Assembly: GCA_963833225.1 (NCBI GenBank)
Contig: CAWHXD010000019.1
Coordinates: forward strand, 307,534-371,533
Direction: 5' to 3'
Source: an uncultured Chloroflexia bacterium
GTDB lineage: Bacteria; Chloroflexota; Limnocylindria; Limnocylindrales; CSP1-4
DNA length: 64,000 bases
Shown: positions 58,887 through 64,000 of the stretch, one piece after another
How positions within the stretch are numbered: the stretch's first letter is position 1
How the letters are laid out: every line of letters starts with the position of its first letter
Notes under the pieces: model-generated
Told to the model about the DNA's origin: nothing
Databases searched by the model: none
The model's input: the letters and a program-made list of their open reading frames with translations, nothing else
Made by a program: the position numbers and the translations under genes

Positions 58887-60350
58887 CTAGCGACCGGATT
58901 CGGAGACCCCCCAGCCGGCATCCACGGCCACGACCTGGCCGGTCACCATCGCCGCCTCGTCAGACAGGAGGTGGAGGGCGGTCGAGGTGACCGCGTCGGC
59001 GTCGATCGGGCCCCCGGCAAGCGGCTGCTTGCCGGCGAGGTAGCCCAGGATCTCGGGGTCGACCTGGGCCCGCCGGCTCATCGGGGTCGCGATGAGCGAC
59101 GGGGCGATCGTGTTCACCCGGATCCGGAATGGCGCGTAGTAGGCGGCCATGGCACGGGCCAGGCCCTCGACGGCCCCCTTGGCCGCGGCGTACCCGTGGG
59201 TCGCGAAGAATGCCGGCGCCGGGTGGGTGGCCAGGGTGCTGGACATGAGCAGCAGCGCTCCCCGTCCCCCGGGCTCGCGGGGTTCCTGGAGCAGCATCCG
59301 ACGCACGGCGGCACGCGCCACCAGGAACTGGGACGTCGCGTTGGATGCCATCACGGCCTCCCAGCCCTCGAGCGACGCCTGGTCGAGGGGGCCGTCGCCG
59401 TACCGGCGGGCGGAGATACCGGCCACGCTGTAGACGGCGTCGAGCCGGCGCCCGAGCGCGTCGAACCCGGCGTAGGCGGCCTCGACCTCGTCCTCTCGCC
59501 GCAGATCTGCCGCCTGCCACGCACAGGCGCCACCGGCAGCGGTGATCTCGCCGGCGAGCGCCTCCAGGTGCGCCGCGGTCCTCGAGACCACGAACACGAA
59601 CCCGCCCTCCGCCGCGACACGACGCGCCGCGGACGCCGCCATCCCGGTCGAGCCGGTGATGAGCACGGTTCGCCCGGCGAAGCGCCCCGGGCTCGTCACG
59701 CGCCGCCACCCCCGGGAGCTGCTGAGCGATTCCACCAGCGCCCGACGCGTCACGGCGTCCGCCTTCGTGAGGGCGCTCCCGATGCCCACCGCCGCCGCGC
59801 CCGCATCGAGGAAGGCGCGCGCGTTGGCTTCGACCAGCCCGCCGGTCGGGACGAGCTCGACCTCGGGCAGCGGGCCCCGCAGCTCGCGCACGAACCCGGG
59901 CCCGACCGCGGAGGCGGGGAACAGCTTGACGAAGGTGGCGCCCGCGGTCCACGCGGCGTGGATCTCCGACGGCGTCAGTGCCCCCGGGATGAACGGAAGG
60001 CCCTCGGACACGGCGGTGTCGATCAGCGACAGGTCCACGAGCGGGGCAACCGCGAAGTCGGCCTCTGCCCGGCGGGCCGACTCCAGCACGTGGCGGGTGA
60101 GGATCGTCCCGGCTCCCACCAGGAACGGCCCGTCGGAGCGGCCGGCAAGGCGGTTGCGGACGGCGACCAGGTCCGCTTCGGCGGTGGCCGCGTCGAACGT
60201 GACCTCGAAGGCGCGGGCACCCGCGTCCGCGAGCTCGGCCACGAGGTCGAGCAACGCCGCCTGCGGGGCGAAGCGGCGGAGCACGACGATGAGGCGGTGG
60301 CGGCGGATGGCGGCCGCGACGGGTCCGTGGCGGAGCGCATCGGCGGTCAT
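58887..60350 (-). CDS. Fusion of KDPG/KHG aldolase (Eda-like) and short-chain dehydrogenase/reductase (SDR)
   Basis: Met at 60350 overlaps the upstream stop (ATGA). Eda blocks are VVLRRF, VGAGTILT, FIPGALTPSEI and VKLFPA. After the linker SLSSSRGWRRVTSPGRFAG comes the SDR part RTVLITGSTGMAAS...NTIAPS with the catalytic YAAAK. Confidence 0.75.
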   Translation of the reverse strand: MTADALRHGPVAAAIRRHRLIVVLRRFAPQAALLDLVAELADAGARAFEVTFDAATAEADLVAVRNRLAGRSDGPFLVGAGTILTRHVLESARRAEADFAVAPLVDLSLIDTAVSEGLPFIPGALTPSEIHAAWTAGATFVKLFPASAVGPGFVRELRGPLPEVELVPTGGLVEANARAFLDAGAAAVGIGSALTKADAVTRRALVESLSSSRGWRRVTSPGRFAGRTVLITGSTGMAASAARRVAAEGGFVFVVSRTAAHLEALAGEITAAGGACAWQAADLRREDEVEAAYAGFDALGRRLDAVYSVAGISARRYGDGPLDQASLEGWEAVMASNATSQFLVARAAVRRMLLQEPREPGGRGALLLMSSTLATHPAPAFFATHGYAAAKGAVEGLARAMAAYYAPFRIRVNTIAPSLIATPMSRRAQVDPEILGYLAGKQPLAGGPIDADAVTSTALHLLSDEAAMVTGQVVAVDAGWGVSESGR

Positions 60351-61705
60351 CGGGCCACCGCCCCGTCGCCGGTGATCGCGGCGCCGGACGAGGCACCGGC
60401 CCCGCCGGCGACCACCCGACCGTCGATCCCCACCGGGTCCAGCAGGGCCCCGTCGCGGGCCAGCCGCTCCCGGAGCAGATCGGCGGGCACCGCGCGCGGC
60501 ACGATCCCCCCCGCCGCGGCGGCGACGGCCGCGGTCCCCGCTGCCTGGCCCATCGCCATGCACGTCGCCATCGACCGGGCCGACGCGTGCGCGTCATGCG
60601 TCGCCGAGAAGCACCGTCCCACCACCAGCAATCCCTCCACTCCCAGCGGGAGCAGGGACCGGTACGGGATCCCGTACACACCCCCCTCGCCCACGTACTG
60701 CCATGCCGTATCGCCCCCGGCGCCGTGATCCTCGATCGGCGCGCCGCACAGCCCGATCTCGTCCTCGAACCGGCGGCCCGAGAGCACGTCCTCGCGGGTG
60801 AGCCGGTAGTCACCGTGGACCCGCCGGCTCTCGCGAACCCCGATCGCCGGGCTGGTGGCCACGATCACGCTGCGCTCGAAGCCCGGCACCCGACCCCGCA
60901 GGAACCGGTGGTACTCGCGGACCTGGCGGCGTCCCTCCACCTCGGCTGCCGTCAGCTGCTCCGGGTCCGTGGCGTCCACGCCGGGTATGCGGGTCATGTG
61001 GACGAGCGCGACACCGGCGTGCGGGGTTCGGTGCCACGACCCCTCGACGCGCGGCAGCCGGTAGTCGCCCGATGCCGCCGCCTCGCCCATCAGCCGCCAC
61101 AGCTCCCGCTTCGGGACGGCCGACGCCGCGTCGATGTCCACGTTGGCTACCTTGAACAGGGTCGAGAGCGACTGGACCGGGCCGCCATCGCCGGGCGCAT
61201 CGTGGGGCACGCCGGCCATCGCGCACACATCCGCGTCACCCGACGCATCGATCACCACGCCCGCCTCGACCCAGCGCGAACCGCCCTTGTTCCAGAGCCG
61301 GATCGCCGTCGTCCGTCCGTCGTCCACCTGGACGCCCGTCATCTGCGTGTGGAGGAGCAACTTCACGCCGGCGTCTTCGGCCAGGCGCTCCCACAGCACC
61401 TTGAGCGCCTCCGCGTCGTAGGTCACGCCGGTGCCGGCACCGTAGGTGTTCGGCCGCTCGAACGCGACCCCGTCGGCCATCAGGCGGCTCGCGATCTCCC
61501 AGCCGAGTCCGCCGACCACGCGTCGCGGCTGGTCGCCCGGCGTGTAGAACGCGTAGAACGTGTCGAGGACCGCCGTCGAGGTGCCGCCCATGAACGCGAG
61601 CCGATCCACGAGCAGGACGGATGCGCCCAGGCGCGCCGCGCTGATGGCGGCGGCCGATCCCGCCGAGCCGGCGCCCACGACGACGACGTCGTATCGGTCA
61701 TCCAC
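60347..61705 (-). CDS. FAD-dependent oxidoreductase (FAD_oxidored/GIDA-like family)
   Basis: GTG at 61705, in ORF 60347..61810. Contains YDVVVVGAGSAGSAAAISAARLGASVLLVDR (GxGxxG-x17-D). 8-nt overlap with the upstream gene. Confidence 0.75.
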   Translation of the reverse strand: MDDRYDVVVVGAGSAGSAAAISAARLGASVLLVDRLAFMGGTSTAVLDTFYAFYTPGDQPRRVVGGLGWEIASRLMADGVAFERPNTYGAGTGVTYDAEALKVLWERLAEDAGVKLLLHTQMTGVQVDDGRTTAIRLWNKGGSRWVEAGVVIDASGDADVCAMAGVPHDAPGDGGPVQSLSTLFKVANVDIDAASAVPKRELWRLMGEAAASGDYRLPRVEGSWHRTPHAGVALVHMTRIPGVDATDPEQLTAAEVEGRRQVREYHRFLRGRVPGFERSVIVATSPAIGVRESRRVHGDYRLTREDVLSGRRFEDEIGLCGAPIEDHGAGGDTAWQYVGEGGVYGIPYRSLLPLGVEGLLVVGRCFSATHDAHASARSMATCMAMGQAAGTAAVAAAAGGIVPRAVPADLLRERLARDGALLDPVGIDGRVVAGGAGASSGAAITGDGAVAR

Positions 61706-62706
61706 GCGCGGGCTCCCGGGTCGTCGCCGATGGGTTGTCGCCTGCGCCGCCGGCCGGCATCGCGTAGAAGCGGGCAGGGTTCTCGACCAGGATCCGCGCC
61801 GCCCCGGCATCGCCCAGGCGGCGCCGGAGTCGCGGCTCGAAGGTGGTCATCAGGTAGCGGAGCCCGGGCCCGCCCTCGTAGGCGCGGAACGACATCCGTC
61901 CGCCCAGGTCCAGGCCGAGCATCAGGCGGTCCAGGTGTCCGGCTCGGGCGACGGCCTCCACCAGGTCCAGCACCAGCGAGTCGGGGTGGTACTTGGTCCG
62001 CCCGATGGTGTCGTACTCCAGCGTCACGCCCCGTGCCGCGATCTCCGCGTGCAGCTCCGCGTCGGGGTTGCGGTCCAGGTGGGCCAGCGCGATCCGGCCG
62101 GCGCTCGCCCCGGCGCCTTCCAGCAGGTCGATGATCTCGTGGGCTGCCGTCCCGATCTCCGCGTGGACCAGGATCGCGGCGCCGGTCGCGGCCGAGGCGC
62201 CGGCGATGGCCTCCAGGCGGCGCCGCTCGGCGCGGGAGATGTGGTGGTACGAGGCGCCGCCCTTGATCGCGCCGGCCCGGGCGGCGTCCGGCGGCAGGGC
62301 CGGGTCGTTCCAGTCGGCGGAGTGCATCCCCAGGCGCAGGTCCGCGAGGATCCGGTCGGCAAGGACCTCGACGGGCGTGTCGTACACCCAGTGGCCCGCG
62401 GGGTAGTGCGCGTCGCGGTGATAGCCGCTGGCTCCGATGATGGCCACGCCGGTCGCATCGGCGATCGTCCGCAGCCCGGCCGGGTCCCGCCCGAGCCCGA
62501 TGGGCGTCATGTCGACGATGGTCCCGACACCGCTGGCTCGAGCGTCGAGCACCTCCTCGATCGCCATCGCCGGATCGGTGAACGCCGCGCCCGGCAGCGC
62601 CGGCGAGTCCATCAGCAGATGATCGTGCGCATCGACCACGCCCAGCGCCTCGAGCGCCCGGGGACCGGTGACGGTGACAACGTGGCGATCGGCCACGGAA
62701 CCTCCA
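61698..62706 (-). CDS. Phosphotriesterase-homology protein (amidohydrolase-fold lactonase-like)
   Basis: GTG at 62706 with a GGAGG RBS, in ORF 61698..63200. Contains GVVDAHDHLL (HxH), ILVHAE, ALAHLD and LGLDLG metal-ligand pattern. Confidence 0.75.
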
Positions 62707-62826
62707 GATGTGCGCGCCAGGCGGCGCGGCGACTGCAGGTGAGTGTAGCCTCGGCGACCGGCCGGGAAGGTGATTCGGGCCGTTCGGCAGGGGAACGAGA
62801 ACCCCATCCTGGTGGACGCTACGTCC

Positions 62827-64000
62827 ATGGCTGCTCCCGTCCGGGCGGACGGCCGCGTCCCGGCCGCTATCGATCCCCCCATCGCTCGTCGCGTCCTCGT
62901 CGAGGGCGTGGTCCAGGGCGTTGGCTTCCGCCCGTTCGTCTGGCGGCTCGCCACAGAGCTTGGCCTCGTCGGCCGTGTCCGGAACGCCGCGGGTCGCGTG
63001 GAGATCGATGCGGCCGGGCCCCCGGCCGCGCTTGATGCCTTCGCCCGCCGGGTGCGCACGGACGCGCCGCCGCGGGCCCGGGTCGAGCGAGTGACGGTGG
63101 AGGCACTCGACCCGACGGCCGTGGCCGGCCTGCCGACGCCGTTCGCCATCGACGAGAGCGTCGCGGCGGCGACCGCGGAGCGCCTGTTCCCGCCCGACAT
63201 CGCGACCTGCGACGACTGCCTCCGCGAGCTGCGCGATCCGGGGGACCGCCGCTACCGGTACCCGTTCACGAACTGCACCAACTGCGGGCCGCGCGCCACG
63301 ATCATCGAGGCGCTTCCCTACGACCGTGCGCAGACGACGATGCGCCCGTTCCCCCTGTGCGCGGCGTGCGAGGCCGAGTACCGCGATCCGGCCGACCGCC
63401 GGTTCCACGCCGAGCCCGTGGCGTGTCCCGCCTGTGGACCGGCGCTCGCGTGGCAGCGGACCGGGGCGCCCGCGCCGACCACGACTGGGGAGGACGCGCT
63501 CGCGGACGCGGTTCGCGCGCTCCTGGGCGGCGAGATCGTCGCGGTCAAGGGTCTCGGGGGATACCACCTCGCGTGCGATGCCACGGACGACGATGCCGTC
63601 CGCCGGCTCCGCGACCGCAAGCGCCGCTGGGCGAAGCCGTTCGCCGTGATGGCCGGTGACCTCGACGCCGTCCTGGCCCTGTGCCGGGTGGGGGCCCTGG
63701 AGCGCCGGCTCCTCGAGGGCCCGGCTCGCCCGATCGTCCTCCTCGAGGCCCGTCGCGACGGCCAGCCGCGGCTCGCCCCGTCGGTGGCCACCGGAAACCG
63801 CCGTCTTGGTGTCTTCCTGCCGTACACGCCCCTCCACCACCTGCTGCTCGAAGCGGTGGGGCGGCCGCTGGTCCTCACGTCCGGCAATCTCACCGACGAG
63901 CCGCTCGCCACCGACGACGAGGACGCCCGTTCGCGCCTCGGCGGCCTGGCGGATGGCTTCCTCACCCACGACCGCGAGATCCGGGCGCGCTACGACGACT
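62827..64000 (+). CDS. hypF: [NiFe]-hydrogenase maturation carbamoyltransferase HypF, N-terminal ~390 aa (runs off the right edge)
   Basis: Absent from the ORF track (no stop in the window). Translation from ATG 62827 gives the acylphosphatase-like segment VEGVVQGVGFRPFVWRLA. Two zinc-finger pairs follow: CDDCLRELRDPGDRRYRYPFTNCTNCGPR and CAACEAEYRDPADRRFHAEPVACPACGP. The YrdC-like segment is VKGLGGYHLACDA. Confidence 0.9.
   Translation, partial: MAAPVRADGRVPAAIDPPIARRVLVEGVVQGVGFRPFVWRLATELGLVGRVRNAAGRVEIDAAGPPAALDAFARRVRTDAPPRARVERVTVEALDPTAVAGLPTPFAIDESVAAATAERLFPPDIATCDDCLRELRDPGDRRYRYPFTNCTNCGPRATIIEALPYDRAQTTMRPFPLCAACEAEYRDPADRRFHAEPVACPACGPALAWQRTGAPAPTTTGEDALADAVRALLGGEIVAVKGLGGYHLACDATDDDAVRRLRDRKRRWAKPFAVMAGDLDAVLALCRVGALERRLLEGPARPIVLLEARRDGQPRLAPSVATGNRRLGVFLPYTPLHHLLLEAVGRPLVLTSGNLTDEPLATDDEDARSRLGGLADGFLTHDREIRARYDD

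Noticed and set aside
57222-60728. Very long listed ORFs such as 57222..60728 (+, 1168 aa), 61480..63969 (-, 829 aa), 46696..48822 (-, 708 aa), 58960..60813 (-, 617 aa) and 146..1546 (+, 466 aa)
   Set aside because: Their translations are Arg/Pro/Gly/Ala-rich low-complexity strings with no recognisable motifs. Each lies antisense or out of frame to a gene with clear family signatures. Long spurious ORFs are expected in very GC-rich DNA because stop codons are rare.

Overview
This is a very GC-rich, densely coding chromosomal segment: third codon positions are almost all G/C, and ATGA/GTGA start-stop overlaps are common. It looks like a high-GC Gram-positive genome (actinobacterial or Thermoleophilia-like). 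I saw no rRNA, tRNA, CRISPR array, transposase or integrase.

Contents from left to right:
1. 1-8.7 kb: a minus-strand glycan/EPS operon (three GT4 glycosyltransferases and two polytopic membrane proteins), facing a secreted beta-helix protein with a Pro/Thr linker.
2. 8.7-16.2 kb: an MBL-fold hydrolase, a membrane protein, a MoaD-MoaE (MoaX-like) fusion, an orphan KamD-like protein, HxlR, an HtrA-like protease and a tyrosine-phenol-lyase-like enzyme.
3. 16.2-28.6 kb, the stand-out locus: a corrinoid-dependent methyl-transfer supercluster. It holds three non-pyrrolysine MttB-family paralogs (one broken), one B12-binding corrinoid protein, a RamA/RACo-type reductive activase, a MetF-MetV fused MTHFR, a pterin-binding methylcorrinoid:THF methyltransferase, and a DUF1638 + URO-D-like pair.
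4. 28.7-36.3 kb: hypothetical proteins, an OmpR/HisKA two-component pair, a Gfo-NagB pair and an XRE regulator.
5. 36.7-49.6 kb: a ROK/GntR-controlled sugar utilisation locus (Gfo/Idh/MocA x2, TIM-barrel isomerase, DeoC, SIS, ABC transporter, ROK kinase).
6. 49.8-55.2 kb: an OYE/enoate-reductase-like flavoprotein, a multiply frameshifted AraC, a GNAT and a second URO-D.
7. 55.2-64 kb: NagA, a TrpF-like protein, PfkB, an anchored secreted protein, a lactonase-FAD-Eda::SDR operon and the 5' part of hypF.

Two recurring oddities stand out. At least ten single-base frameshifts occur in otherwise conserved genes (nine look like +1 insertions), and there are three intergenic GC-rich tandem-repeat arrays.

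All homology calls come from motif recognition by eye; nothing was searched or computed with tools.
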